The translations under genes and the position numbers were made by a program. From Sediminibacterium sp. (GTDB taxonomy: Bacteria > Bacteroidota > Bacteroidia > Chitinophagales > Chitinophagaceae): 64,000 nucleotides of DNA. The stretch covers positions 55,411-119,410 of the forward strand of contig CBDIRC010000002.1 of assembly GCA_965284095.1 (NCBI GenBank), written 5' to 3'. Under the pieces are notes generated by a model. It had not been told where the DNA came from. It made no database searches and saw only the letters and a program-made list of their open reading frames with translations. This document shows, piece by piece, positions 41,395-51,369 of the stretch. Numbering within the stretch: position 1 is the stretch's first letter; every line of letters begins with the position of its first letter.

Positions 41395-42048
41395 ATGAAA
41401 AAAATTGTATTGGTAGATGATCACGTTTTATTAAGAAACGGATTATCGGGTATTATTGGTAGTTTTCCTGACTACACTATTTTGTTTGAGGCTGATAATG
41501 GAAAAGATTTCATTCGTCAATTAGACCCAAATAATTTGCCCGATTTGGTTTTGCTGGATGTTTCTATGCCAGAAATGAATGGCTATGAAACTGCTCACTG
41601 GTTACTCAAAAATTACCCTGATATTCCCATTTTAGTTTTGAGTATGTTAAGTGATGAACAATGCATCATCAAAATGCTGCAAAATGGAGCAAAAGGTTAT
41701 ATACTAAAAGATATTAAACCAGTAGAATTACTCAACGCTTTAAATACTGTTTATGAAAAAGGAATGTATTTCAATGATGTATTGTATAGCAATTTAGTTC
41801 ACACTATTAAAAATGGTGTTTGTGAACCAGCCGATCAATATCAGAAATTAATCGCTTTGCCCGAAAGAGAAAAAGAATTTTTGAAATGGGTTTGCACTGA
41901 AAAAACATTAAAGGAAATTGCTGCAGAAATGTGTTTGAGCCCAAGAACAATAGATGGTTACAGAGATAATTTGTTTGAGAAATTAAACGTAACCAGCCGT
42001 GTTGGCCTGGTACTTTTTGCATTAAGAACAGAAGTAGTGAAACTATGA
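41395..42048 (+). CDS. NarL/LuxR-family response regulator
   Basis: REC motifs VLVDDH and LLDVSMPEMNG. C-terminal LuxR HTH (LSPRTIDGYRDNLFEKL). No adjacent kinase. Confidence 0.85.
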   Translation: MKKIVLVDDHVLLRNGLSGIIGSFPDYTILFEADNGKDFIRQLDPNNLPDLVLLDVSMPEMNGYETAHWLLKNYPDIPILVLSMLSDEQCIIKMLQNGAKGYILKDIKPVELLNALNTVYEKGMYFNDVLYSNLVHTIKNGVCEPADQYQKLIALPEREKEFLKWVCTEKTLKEIAAEMCLSPRTIDGYRDNLFEKLNVTSRVGLVLFALRTEVVKL

Positions 42049-43083
42049 TTTGATTTCCCAAACTTCTCTGCCACGCAATAACTTATCTAAATTTCCTTTT
42101 CCTTTTGTAGCGATGGTTTCTTCAATCTGCATGGCCATAACATCTTCATAGCATGGACGATCAGTTTCAAAAAACACCCCAAATGGTCTTGGAAAATGTC
42201 CGCCTTCTTTATTTGGATTGTCGAACATTCTTGTTAATACCTGAGCCTTATAAAAATCACGCTCGTCGTGAATCCATAAATCATCGGTACTTGCGCCTTC
42301 TCCTAATTCAACAACAACAGGCTTAAATCCATCTAATTTAATGCCTTTGTTTTGACTGGCTCCAAATATCATTGGCTTACCATGTTCTAAGAACAATGTT
42401 TCTTCTGCCTTGGTAGATTTCTCTGTAAATATTTCGAAAGCACCATCATTAAAGATGTTGCAATTCTGATAGATTTCTAAGAATGAAGAACCTTTGTGAC
42501 CGTTTGCACGAGTGAGCATATATTGTAAATGCTTAGGATCACGATCCATCGAACGTCCAATAAATGTTGCATCTGCTCCCATTGCTAATGCCAAAGGATT
42601 AAATGGATGATCGATACTTCCAAAAGGAGTGCTCTTGGTTATTTTATGCTCTTCAGATGTTGGAGAATATTGCCCCTTTGTTAAACCATAAATTTGGTTA
42701 TTGAACAATAAAATATTTACATCAAAATTTCTTCTTAATAAATGGATGGTATGATTTCCACCAATGCTTAACCCATCTCCATCACCAGTAACTATCCAAA
42801 CACTCAATTCTGGACGAGAAGCTTTTAATCCACTGGCTACAGCTGTTGCACGTCCATGAATGCTATGCATTCCGTAGGTATTCATATAATAAGGGAAACG
42901 GCTGCTACATCCAATTCCACTGATGATCACAATATTTTCTCTTGGTACTCCAATAGTAGGCATTACTTTTTGTACCTGCGCTAAAATGGAATAGTCTCCA
43001 CAACCAGGACACCAACGAACTTCTTGGTCTGTTGCAAAATCTTTAGATGTTAAAACCGGGCTAGCAATTGTTTCTGTACTCAT
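42043..43083 (-). CDS. korB: 2-oxoacid (2-oxoglutarate):ferredoxin oxidoreductase beta subunit
   Basis: WCPGCGDYS, TPP-binding GDGDGLSIGGNH...NNQIYGLTKGQ. Length 346 aa. Confidence 0.8.
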   Translation of the reverse strand: MSTETIASPVLTSKDFATDQEVRWCPGCGDYSILAQVQKVMPTIGVPRENIVIISGIGCSSRFPYYMNTYGMHSIHGRATAVASGLKASRPELSVWIVTGDGDGLSIGGNHTIHLLRRNFDVNILLFNNQIYGLTKGQYSPTSEEHKITKSTPFGSIDHPFNPLALAMGADATFIGRSMDRDPKHLQYMLTRANGHKGSSFLEIYQNCNIFNDGAFEIFTEKSTKAEETLFLEHGKPMIFGASQNKGIKLDGFKPVVVELGEGASTDDLWIHDERDFYKAQVLTRMFDNPNKEGGHFPRPFGVFFETDRPCYEDVMAMQIEETIATKGKGNLDKLLRGREVWEIKS

Positions 43084-43158
43084 ATAAATGGATTGTTCTA
43101 CAAGGCAATAAAGTTACATATTCGGAGGGAAAAAATACCAATTTTTCAATTTCTGTCA

Positions 43159-43191
43159 CCAATAACTCAATAACTTAATAACTCAATAACC
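43159..43191. repeat. AATAAC-core 8-nt tandem array
   Basis: ccaataact caataact taataact caataacc, between the AhpD-like gene stop and the korB start. Confidence 0.8.
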
Positions 43192-43193
43192 GC

Positions 43194-43541
43194 TTAATGC
43201 GTTACATTAAGCTCCTCCCAATATTCTGCAGCCCTTCTGGTATGCGGAATTACAATGGTTCCACCTACAATATTCGCTACTGCAAATACTTCATACATTT
43301 CTTCGGTATTCACCCCCAATTCATGGCTTTTGCCTAAGTGGTACTTGATACAATCATCGCAACGCAATACCATACTGGCCACCAAACCCAGCAATTCCTT
43401 TGTTTTTTTATCCAGTGCTCCTTCATCATAGGTATTGGTATCTAGATTCCACAATCTTTTCATCACAAGGTTATTCTTACTTAGAATGACTTCATTCATT
43501 CTTTCACGATAACTATTGAACTCATTCACCATTTCACTCAT
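43194..43541 (-). CDS. Carboxymuconolactone decarboxylase / AhpD-like family protein
   Basis: 115 aa. CDDCIKYH CxxC-H motif of the AhpD core domain. Confidence 0.75.
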   Translation of the reverse strand: MSEMVNEFNSYRERMNEVILSKNNLVMKRLWNLDTNTYDEGALDKKTKELLGLVASMVLRCDDCIKYHLGKSHELGVNTEEMYEVFAVANIVGGTIVIPHTRRAAEYWEELNVTH

Positions 43542-43615
43542 AAAAATATTTTAGACAACAAAAATACAGTGGCTGCATAGAATTATTTGTATTTTGTACG
43601 ACTAAACTTGCAGAT

Positions 43616-45763
43616 ATGAAAAAAATGCTCTTTTTGTTGTTCATCCCATTTTGGGCGATTGGTCAAAACAAAACTGATTTAATCAAAATCACTGATATGC
43701 TTCAATTGAAGCAAATGAGTGGGTTGAGTTTTAACCCTGACGGAAGCAAAGCCGTTTTTGTATTGAATAGTATAGAGCAAGAAGGAGCTAGTAAATGGGA
43801 ATTCAAATATACCAATCAGTTATATATAGTTGCAACCGATGGCTCAAGTGCCCCGAAAGCCTTGACTACTAAGGAAAGTGCGGGACAGCCTTCATGGAGC
43901 CCCGATGGAAAACAATTGGCATTTGTTAAAACGGCTGATGGCAAACCGCAGATCTTTTTATTGTCAATTGATGGTGGTGAGCCGACGCAATTGACCAAAT
44001 TTAAATATGGAGCAAGCAATCCAAAATGGAGCCCCGATGGAAAACAAATTGTGTTTGGCGTTTCTGTTCCATTCAAAGATTTATTAAAAGACAGTATACT
44101 CAATCCGGGCAAAAGCTTACCCAAATGGCCAATGGAAAAACCTGGTTTTGCTCAAAATGAATTTTTAAATGCATCTACAGCAAACCCAGATCCTGATGGA
44201 ACATTAGAAGAAATGCGTGCCTATTTAGATTTGAATGCGACCGATAGAAAAGCCAAGGTTTTTAATAAATTGAATTTTCAGGAAGAAACGACCACCTCTC
44301 CTGAACTATCATTCAGCCATGTTTTTGTTACAGCAGTTCAACCAAATGCAACGCCAGTGGCTATTTCCAAAGGATTTTATCGTTTTGGAAATGCCGTGTT
44401 TTCTCCTGATGGATCAACCATCATTTTTACCGGAAGCATGAATGATACACAACATCCAGACAGGGTGCAGGAAAGTCAAATATTTACAGCATCCAGCAAT
44501 GGCGCTAATATGAAAATGATCCTTGGAGCAAAAGGCAAAACCTATAATAGTCCTTCTTTATCCCCTTCGGGCAAATGGTTGGCTTTTCAAACTGGACTGA
44601 CCAATACAGTAGATATCCCTGCATTGGCTGTAATGCCATTTAATGGAACAGTAACTGAGGCAACTATTCTTCCTTTCGACAGAAATAAAGGTGGATTGAA
44701 TTGGAGCAATGATGAAAAATATATTTACTTCAACGCACAGAGTAATGGTGGTGCTCCAATTTATAGAGTAGATGTAAAAACCAAAGCAGTAGAACAACTC
44801 ACAGAATCTACCGCAGGTATTAGCAGTTTCGATTTATACAAAAATCAACTGGTATATGTAAAAACTGAAGTAGCGAATCCTTTTGAAATTTATGCAAGTG
44901 ATGCAACAGGAAAAAATGCTCAGCGCATTAGTAGTTTTAATTACAATTGGGTGAGCAAAAAACAATTGAGTTTGCCAGAGAAAAAAACGTTTAAAAACGA
45001 AAAAGGTCAAACAGTTGAATATTGGGTGATGAAGCCTGCTAATTTTGAAGCGGGAAAAAAATATCCTGCTATATTGGATATTCATGGTGGACCAACAGCA
45101 ATGTGGGGACCAGGCGAAAGCTCTATGTGGCATGAGTTTCAGTACTATTGTGCAAAGGGTTATGTTGTAGTTTATGGCAACCCAAGAGGTTCTGGTGGAT
45201 ATGGAACAGAATTTTTAAGAGCGAATATTAATGATTGGGGGAAAGGCCCAACTTCGGATGTATTAACTTCTTTGAATTTAGCAGCTAAAGATGGTTTTAT
45301 TGATACAACCAAACTGGCAGTAACTGGTGGATCTTATGCAGGTTATTTAGTAGCATGGATCGTAGGACACGATCAACGTTTTAAAGCAGCATGCGCTCAA
45401 AGAGGTGTGTACGATTTAGGAACATTCTTTGGTGAGGGAAATGCATGGCGATTAGTGCCGAATTATTTTGGCGGCTACCCTTGGGAAGAAAAATCAAAAG
45501 CAATTATCGAAAGAGAATCTCCTATTAAATATGTTGCCAACATACGAACCCCTTTAATTATTTTCCATGGAGAAAACGATTTAAGAACAGGAGTTATTCA
45601 AAGCGAAATGTTGTACCGCAGTTTAAAAGTATTGGGAAGAACCGTTGAATATGTTCGCCATCCTGGTGCATCACATGAAATTACCCGAACAGGAAATAAT
45701 CGCCAAAGAATCGATCAAATGCTCAGAACGATGGAGTTTTTTGAACGATTTATAAAGCATTAA
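43616..45763 (+). CDS. S9-family serine peptidase with N-terminal beta-propeller
   Basis: Repeated SWSPDGK / KWSPDGK / SLSPSGK propeller motifs. Catalytic GGSYAGY. Distal D and H blocks (ENDLRT, ASHE). Confidence 0.85.
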   Translation: MKKMLFLLFIPFWAIGQNKTDLIKITDMLQLKQMSGLSFNPDGSKAVFVLNSIEQEGASKWEFKYTNQLYIVATDGSSAPKALTTKESAGQPSWSPDGKQLAFVKTADGKPQIFLLSIDGGEPTQLTKFKYGASNPKWSPDGKQIVFGVSVPFKDLLKDSILNPGKSLPKWPMEKPGFAQNEFLNASTANPDPDGTLEEMRAYLDLNATDRKAKVFNKLNFQEETTTSPELSFSHVFVTAVQPNATPVAISKGFYRFGNAVFSPDGSTIIFTGSMNDTQHPDRVQESQIFTASSNGANMKMILGAKGKTYNSPSLSPSGKWLAFQTGLTNTVDIPALAVMPFNGTVTEATILPFDRNKGGLNWSNDEKYIYFNAQSNGGAPIYRVDVKTKAVEQLTESTAGISSFDLYKNQLVYVKTEVANPFEIYASDATGKNAQRISSFNYNWVSKKQLSLPEKKTFKNEKGQTVEYWVMKPANFEAGKKYPAILDIHGGPTAMWGPGESSMWHEFQYYCAKGYVVVYGNPRGSGGYGTEFLRANINDWGKGPTSDVLTSLNLAAKDGFIDTTKLAVTGGSYAGYLVAWIVGHDQRFKAACAQRGVYDLGTFFGEGNAWRLVPNYFGGYPWEEKSKAIIERESPIKYVANIRTPLIIFHGENDLRTGVIQSEMLYRSLKVLGRTVEYVRHPGASHEITRTGNNRQRIDQMLRTMEFFERFIKH

Positions 45764-47027
45764 TGCTTTCCTTTCCAAAATATCCATGCAACACTTTAGG
45801 CAATTGAATTCCAGCTTCGGTTTGGTTGTTTTCTAATAAGCATGCAACTATGCGAGGAAGTGCCAATGAACTTCCGTTTAAAGAATGCGCCAATTGGGTT
45901 TTTCCATCAGCACCTTTAAAACGGCATTTCATTCTATTTGTTTGGTAATTTTCAAAATTACTTACACTACTCACTTCTAACCAACGTTGTTGTGCTGCAC
46001 TGTACACTTCAAAATCATAAGTGATGGCACTGGTGAATCCCATATCTCCGCCACATAAACGCAAAATGCGATAAGGCAATTCCAATGATTGTAATAAACG
46101 CTCAACATGCAAAATCATTTCCTGTAAAATTTCATAGCTTTTATCAGGATGAACGATCTGAATAATTTCTACTTTCTCAAATTGATGCAACCTGTTTAAT
46201 CCACGAACATCTTTTCCATAGCTACCTGCCTCTCTTCTAAAACAAGGAGAATAGGCGGTCATCTTAATGGGTAATTCATCTTCCTTTAAAATGGTATCGC
46301 GGTACACATTGGTAACTGGTACTTCGGCCGTTGGAATTAAATAATAATCATCTTGTGTGGCATGATACATTTGCCCTTCTTTATCGGGCAATTGACCTGT
46401 AGCATAAGCAGATGCTGTATTCACCATAAATGGCGGTAGGTATTCGGTGTAACCCGCAGCAGTATTAAAATCTAAAAAATATTGAATCAAAGAACGTTGC
46501 AATTTGGCACCCTTTCCTATATATACCGGAAAACCACTGCCCGTAATTTTATTACCTAATTCAAAATTGATCAAATTGTATTGGGTAGTCAAGTCCCAAT
46601 GCGGAACTGCATTTGCATAGAGTGTTGGAATGGTTCCCCCAGTTCTCACTATTTCATTGTCTTCCGGAGTTTTTCCTACTGGTACTTCATCTGCAGGTAA
46701 ATTGGGCAATTGAACCAACGCTTCAGACAAGTCTTTTTCTACTGCTGCCATTTGCTCTTTCAATGGTTCGAGGGTCTGCTTCCAATCGGCAACTTGCAGT
46801 TTAACAGATTCGGCTCCTGCTTTATCTCCTTTTCCCATCATCATCCCAATTTCTTTTGATGCCGCATTCACTTTAGACTGGGTGTCGTCGAAAGCTGCTT
46901 GTACTCTTTTACGCTCATCGTCTAATTGAACAATGGTATCTACCAATGCTAAATTGCTAAAATTCTTTTTAGCCAATCGTTCTTTCACCATTTCTGGGGC
47001 AGCTCTTAAAACACTCACCTGTAACAT
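45750..47027 (-). CDS. serS: Serine--tRNA ligase
   Basis: An ATG at 47027 gives MLQVSVLRAAPEMVKERLAKKNF (compare the E. coli N-terminus). Class II motifs CFRREAGS and GSSLALPR. Confidence 0.95.
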   Translation of the reverse strand: MLQVSVLRAAPEMVKERLAKKNFSNLALVDTIVQLDDERKRVQAAFDDTQSKVNAASKEIGMMMGKGDKAGAESVKLQVADWKQTLEPLKEQMAAVEKDLSEALVQLPNLPADEVPVGKTPEDNEIVRTGGTIPTLYANAVPHWDLTTQYNLINFELGNKITGSGFPVYIGKGAKLQRSLIQYFLDFNTAAGYTEYLPPFMVNTASAYATGQLPDKEGQMYHATQDDYYLIPTAEVPVTNVYRDTILKEDELPIKMTAYSPCFRREAGSYGKDVRGLNRLHQFEKVEIIQIVHPDKSYEILQEMILHVERLLQSLELPYRILRLCGGDMGFTSAITYDFEVYSAAQQRWLEVSSVSNFENYQTNRMKCRFKGADGKTQLAHSLNGSSLALPRIVACLLENNQTEAGIQLPKVLHGYFGKESINAL

Positions 47028-47101
47028 AATACTCGAAATTTCCTGCAAATATACCGCAAGCAGGTTGATGATGGCATTCAAAGAGCCTTTACCTTTGTTC
47101 G

Positions 47102-47446
47102 ATGTTTATTACCGACGATTTACAGCAACGCTGGTGGGCCCTAGAAGCCAAAATGATGGCCAGATTCGATAAAAAGCCCGATTTAGAGGCCATTTTATTC
47201 TTAATTGGCATGCAGGAAACGGGGTTTATGCAAGAAAAAATCTCCAAAGAAGAAAAACAAGACCTCATGCATGTGGCCGTTTGCACCGTTTTGGCGCAAA
47301 GTGGCTATTATTTAGTGGAGGGGCATGATCCTGATCATTGGCCTCATTTTAAACAATTGAAACAATTGCCCGAAATGAGTATGCCTGAACAAGAAAACTT
47401 CATTAAAGACCATGTATTATTGTATTTTGAGCAACAAGGATTTTAA
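47102..47446 (+). CDS. Hypothetical protein
   Basis: 114-aa ORF with non-shadow composition. No motif recognised. Confidence 0.35.
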   Translation: MFITDDLQQRWWALEAKMMARFDKKPDLEAILFLIGMQETGFMQEKISKEEKQDLMHVAVCTVLAQSGYYLVEGHDPDHWPHFKQLKQLPEMSMPEQENFIKDHVLLYFEQQGF

Positions 47447-47489
47447 TTGCCTTTTTTAATGAATATTTGTACTATAAAAAATCAGTTAT

Positions 47490-47867
47490 ATGAATTTTCC
47501 TGAAGAATTACGTTACACCAAAGACCATGAATGGATTCGCCTAGAAGGCAATGTTGCTACCATTGGAATTACCGATTTTGCGCAACATGAATTAGGTGAC
47601 ATTGTATACGTAGATATCAATACCGTTGGAAAAGAATTGGCCAGCGAAGAAATCTTTGGAACTGTAGAAGCTGTAAAAACAGTAAGTGATTTGTTTTTAC
47701 CTGTTGCAGGAACTGTTTCTGAAGTAAATGCATTATTAGAAAAACAACCTGAATTGGTAAATACCGACCCATATGGTGATGGTTGGATGATCAAAATGAC
47801 TGTTAAAGATATTGCAACAGTGGAAGGTTTATTAAGTAAAGAAGCATACGCATCATTGGTTGGATAA
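47490..47867 (+). CDS. gcvH: Glycine cleavage system H protein
   Basis: Lipoyl-lysine motif VEAVKTVSD and N-terminal YTKDHEW. Confidence 0.9.
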   Translation: MNFPEELRYTKDHEWIRLEGNVATIGITDFAQHELGDIVYVDINTVGKELASEEIFGTVEAVKTVSDLFLPVAGTVSEVNALLEKQPELVNTDPYGDGWMIKMTVKDIATVEGLLSKEAYASLVG

Positions 47868-47882
47868 CTATTTACTTATTTC

Positions 47883-49664
47883 ATGAAATACAATGAGCTA
47901 AAAAAGATACTTGGTTTAAAAAAAGCTGAAATCTCTTTGGAGAATAAGATTTTTAACTTAGTATCTTTTTTGGTTTTTGTAGCAATGACAATTGCATTTA
48001 TCAGCAATATATATCTGGGTAGGAATTTTATTCAAAACGCCCTTGTTTTTTCTTTACTATTAGTTTCTTTTTATTTCTTTTATCTATCCCGTTATAAAGA
48101 CTTGTACCAACCAATTGCTGGCTGGTATGTACTTTTCTGCCATTTATTTTATATTCCCATTTGGTTTACCAATGGCGGTATGGAAGGCCCTACAATCATC
48201 GCATACAGCCTGATTGTTGTAGTGGCAATGTTTATACTTCAAAAAAAATTCCATGCCCCATTTATTGCAGTAACAATTGCAATAATAATGGGATTGATTT
48301 TCTTTGAGCAAAAATATCCAGATTGGGTTATTCCTTATGCCAATGAAAAAATCAGGCAAGCAGATTTATTGGTTACCCTCTTTTTGTATTTTGGCATAAT
48401 AGGAGTTACTGCTAGTTTATATAAAAGAACTTACGATCTTGAAAGAAAGAACTTGATGAAAAAATCAAGCGACTTAGAAGATTCGCAAGCTTTTTTATCT
48501 GCTACAAAACAACAGGCAGAAGAAGCTACTAAAGCCAAGTCGAAGTTCTTAGCCAATATGAGTCATGAAATCAGAACACCCTTAAATGGTATCATTGGAA
48601 CGATTGATTTGATGAAACATACTACGTTGACTCCAGAACAGGAAGAACTGATGTTATCGCTAAAATCGAGTAGTAGTGTTTTATTAGATATTATCAATGA
48701 TGTATTAGATATTTCCAAAATAGAAGCCGACAAACTAGATATATTCGAAGGGCCTTGTAATATCAACATTATTATTAAAAATGTGATTGAGATTAGCTCG
48801 CCAAGAATTGGAGCATTAGGAAAAAATATTGAACTGAGTGTTTGGATTGATCCAAAAATCGAATCAGAAATTATTGCCGATGAGAGCAGGATTAAACAGG
48901 TATTGATTAATCTGGTTGGCAATGCTATTAAGTTTACTGAAAAAGGTTCTATTAAAATTGAAGTGAACGCAATATCAGTTGATGAATCTTTACAAGAATT
49001 ACAGTTTTCTATTTCAGATACAGGCATCGGAATAAGCGAAAAAAATATTCAACATTTATTTATTCCATTTAGTCAAATTGATAATTCAGCCACCAGAAAA
49101 TACAGCGGAACTGGGCTGGGGCTTTCTATTAGTAGAAAAATCATTGAAGAAATGGGTGGCAGAATTTGGATTGAAAGCAAAGAAGGTGTGGGTACTAAAT
49201 TTAGTTTTATCATTCCTGTTCAAATCAACCTGGTTAAAAAAGACCACTCCACCGCTTTAAATACCAACATAGAAAATTTTGAAACAAATACGAGTACCAA
49301 AGGATTAAAAATTTTGGTTGCTGAAGACAATGGGATGAATCAATTATTGGCTAAAAAAATGTTTGCTAAAATAGGCTACCCAATTGAAATAGCTAATAAT
49401 GGCAAAGAGGCATTTGATAAAGCAAGACTCAATCATTACGATATAATTTTCATGGATATTCATATGCCTGAAATGGATGGATTAGAAGCCGCCAATGCCA
49501 TTCTTCAAAGTGATATAAGCTCCAAACCCATAATTGTTGCAATGACTGCCAATGTGGTAAAAGAAGCAGAAGCCGATTGCTTATCTGCAGGAATGAAAGA
49601 CATTATTACAAAGCCTTTTACAATTGATCAATTGAGAACAATTTTAGAGAAATGGACATCCTAG
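47883..49664 (+). CDS. Hybrid sensor histidine kinase/response regulator with multi-TM sensor domain
   Basis: H-box [18 protein letters not shown] and C-terminal REC ([23 protein letters not shown]). Confidence 0.85.
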   Translation: MKYNELKKILGLKKAEISLENKIFNLVSFLVFVAMTIAFISNIYLGRNFIQNALVFSLLLVSFYFFYLSRYKDLYQPIAGWYVLFCHLFYIPIWFTNGGMEGPTIIAYSLIVVVAMFILQKKFHAPFIAVTIAIIMGLIFFEQKYPDWVIPYANEKIRQADLLVTLFLYFGIIGVTASLYKRTYDLERKNLMKKSSDLEDSQAFLSATKQQAEEATKAKSKFLANMSHEIRTPLNGIIGTIDLMKHTTLTPEQEELMLSLKSSSSVLLDIINDVLDISKIEADKLDIFEGPCNINIIIKNVIEISSPRIGALGKNIELSVWIDPKIESEIIADESRIKQVLINLVGNAIKFTEKGSIKIEVNAISVDESLQELQFSISDTGIGISEKNIQHLFIPFSQIDNSATRKYSGTGLGLSISRKIIEEMGGRIWIESKEGVGTKFSFIIPVQINLVKKDHSTALNTNIENFETNTSTKGLKILVAEDNGMNQLLAKKMFAKIGYPIEIANNGKEAFDKARLNHYDIIFMDIHMPEMDGLEAANAILQSDISSKPIIVAMTANVVKEAEADCLSAGMKDIITKPFTIDQLRTILEKWTS

Positions 49665-49674
49665 CAATACAATT

Positions 49675-50076
49675 ATGATCAAGCATTTCTCTCTTATTTA
49701 TCTTTTGCTTTTTATAGTGTCTTTTTTGGGAAGTTTTTATTTGTTTACAATACCCCGACATAGTTTGCCAACCATATATTGGTTGAATATTCCCCATTTG
49801 GATAAGTTCATTCACGCTGGTATATTTTTTTACCTTTGTTTTATAGCTGCATTAACTTGGAAAGCAAACAATCGAGGAAAAATTAATTTATTTATTGCTA
49901 CTGTAATTCTGTTGTTTTTTATAAGTTATGGAGTTGGCATTGAATTTTACCAGGAAAAATTTGTTGAAGGAAGGGCTTTTGAATTATTGGATATAGTTGC
50001 AGATGGTTTTGGCTGCATACTATTTTTTTGTTGGTTTTTGATTGGAGGCTTTACTAAAAAAAGTTGGTCCCGATAG
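49675..50076 (+). CDS. VanZ-family membrane protein
   Basis: Four TM helices. DKFIHAGIFF and DIVADGFG blocks. Confidence 0.6.
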   Translation: MIKHFSLIYLLLFIVSFLGSFYLFTIPRHSLPTIYWLNIPHLDKFIHAGIFFYLCFIAALTWKANNRGKINLFIATVILLFFISYGVGIEFYQEKFVEGRAFELLDIVADGFGCILFFCWFLIGGFTKKSWSR

Positions 50077-50173
50077 AAATCGGGACCTCAACCAAAACTA
50101 ACTGCTTATGAGAAACTTTTAATTATATTCTATTAGTACTAATTCAATTTACGTGCCACAATTTGTTTTGCTT

Positions 50174-50204
50174 TTGTTAAAGCCTAAAAGAAATTGTTAA
50201 AGCC
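50174..50204. promoter_or_regulatory. Direct repeat ttgttaaagcc x2 with 20-bp phasing (candidate operator)
   Basis: Copies at 50174-50184 and 50194-50204, with a partial third copy (atgttaaaga) at 50294. Upstream of the rSAM-MarR unit. Confidence 0.3.
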
Positions 50205-50336
50205 CAAAATATAGATTCAAACACATGCTTCAACGCTGCCTTATAAAGTTCTATATAATAGACGATATATGCTAATAAAGGATTAATAAGGAAATGTTAA
50301 AGAATCAAGTACCTAAATTGTACTTTTACAGCTTAT

Positions 50337-51368
50337 ATGGCGTATTTTAATTGGAACGATAGCATTAATTATTTGAGTAAACTAACAGTCCGTAGGTTTT
50401 GGAATGCTTCTAAAGTGTACCTCAGCTACCAATTGTCTAAATTAACAAACAAGCCCATTCAATGGGGTCTTCCAATTTCCATTTCCTTTGAACCAACTAC
50501 TTCATGCAACCTCCGATGTCCGGAATGTCCGAGTGGATTGAGGGAGTTTACCCGCCCTACAGGAATGTTGCAAAAGGACTTTTTTAAAGAAACAATCGAC
50601 GATATTTATAAAGACTTGCTTTACCTGATCTTTTATTTCCAAGGCGAACCCTTTTTAAATCCACAATTCTTAGATATGGTGGCCTATGCCCATCAAAAGG
50701 GTTTATATACAGCCACTTCAACCAATGCACATTACCTGACGGATGAAAAAGCCAAACAAACCGTAGAAAGCGGTTTAGACCGTTTGATTATTTCGATTGA
50801 TGGAACTTCTCAAGATGTGTATGAACAGTACCGTGTAGGAGGTAAACTGGAAAAAGTATTGGAAGGTGCCAAAAACATTGTAAAATGGAAAAAGGAGCTA
50901 AATAGTAAAACCCCTTTTGTTTTCTTTCAGTTTTTAGTAGTGAAACCCAATGAACACCAAATTGAGGAAGTGAAAAAATTGGGAGCTACTATTGGAGTAG
51001 ACCAAGTTAGATTTAAAACGGCTCAGGTCTACGATTACGAAAACGACCCCAATCAGTTGATTCCAACCAATAACAAATACAGTCGTTATAAAAAAGACGA
51101 ATTGGGTAAAATGAAAGTGAAAAGTGGTCTCAGTAATCATTGTTGGAAATTATGGCATGCCAATGTGATTACCTGGGATGGATTGGTCGTACCTTGTTGT
51201 TTTGATAAAGATGCTATGCATCAACTTGGGAATTTAAAAACACAATCATTTAAAGAAACCTGGCAGAATGAAAATTATCAGCAGTTTAGAAAAGAACTGA
51301 TGACCAGCAGGCGCAACATAGATATTTGCGCTAATTGCAGTGAAGGTTTAAGCGTTTGGGAGGATTAA
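50337..51368 (+). CDS. Radical SAM enzyme with C-terminal SPASM/twitch-like Cys domain
   Basis: CNLRCPEC (Cx3Cx2C) cluster, GEPFL glycine-rich SAM motif and C-terminal WDGLVVPCC...CANC. Confidence 0.8.
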   Translation: MAYFNWNDSINYLSKLTVRRFWNASKVYLSYQLSKLTNKPIQWGLPISISFEPTTSCNLRCPECPSGLREFTRPTGMLQKDFFKETIDDIYKDLLYLIFYFQGEPFLNPQFLDMVAYAHQKGLYTATSTNAHYLTDEKAKQTVESGLDRLIISIDGTSQDVYEQYRVGGKLEKVLEGAKNIVKWKKELNSKTPFVFFQFLVVKPNEHQIEEVKKLGATIGVDQVRFKTAQVYDYENDPNQLIPTNNKYSRYKKDELGKMKVKSGLSNHCWKLWHANVITWDGLVVPCCFDKDAMHQLGNLKTQSFKETWQNENYQQFRKELMTSRRNIDICANCSEGLSVWED

Positions 51369-51369
51369 T

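Noticed and set aside
50066-50087. Hairpin ggtcccgat-agaa-atcgggacc spanning the vanZ stop codon
   Set aside because: This is a plausible weak terminator, but no T-run follows it. It is not reported as a confident feature.
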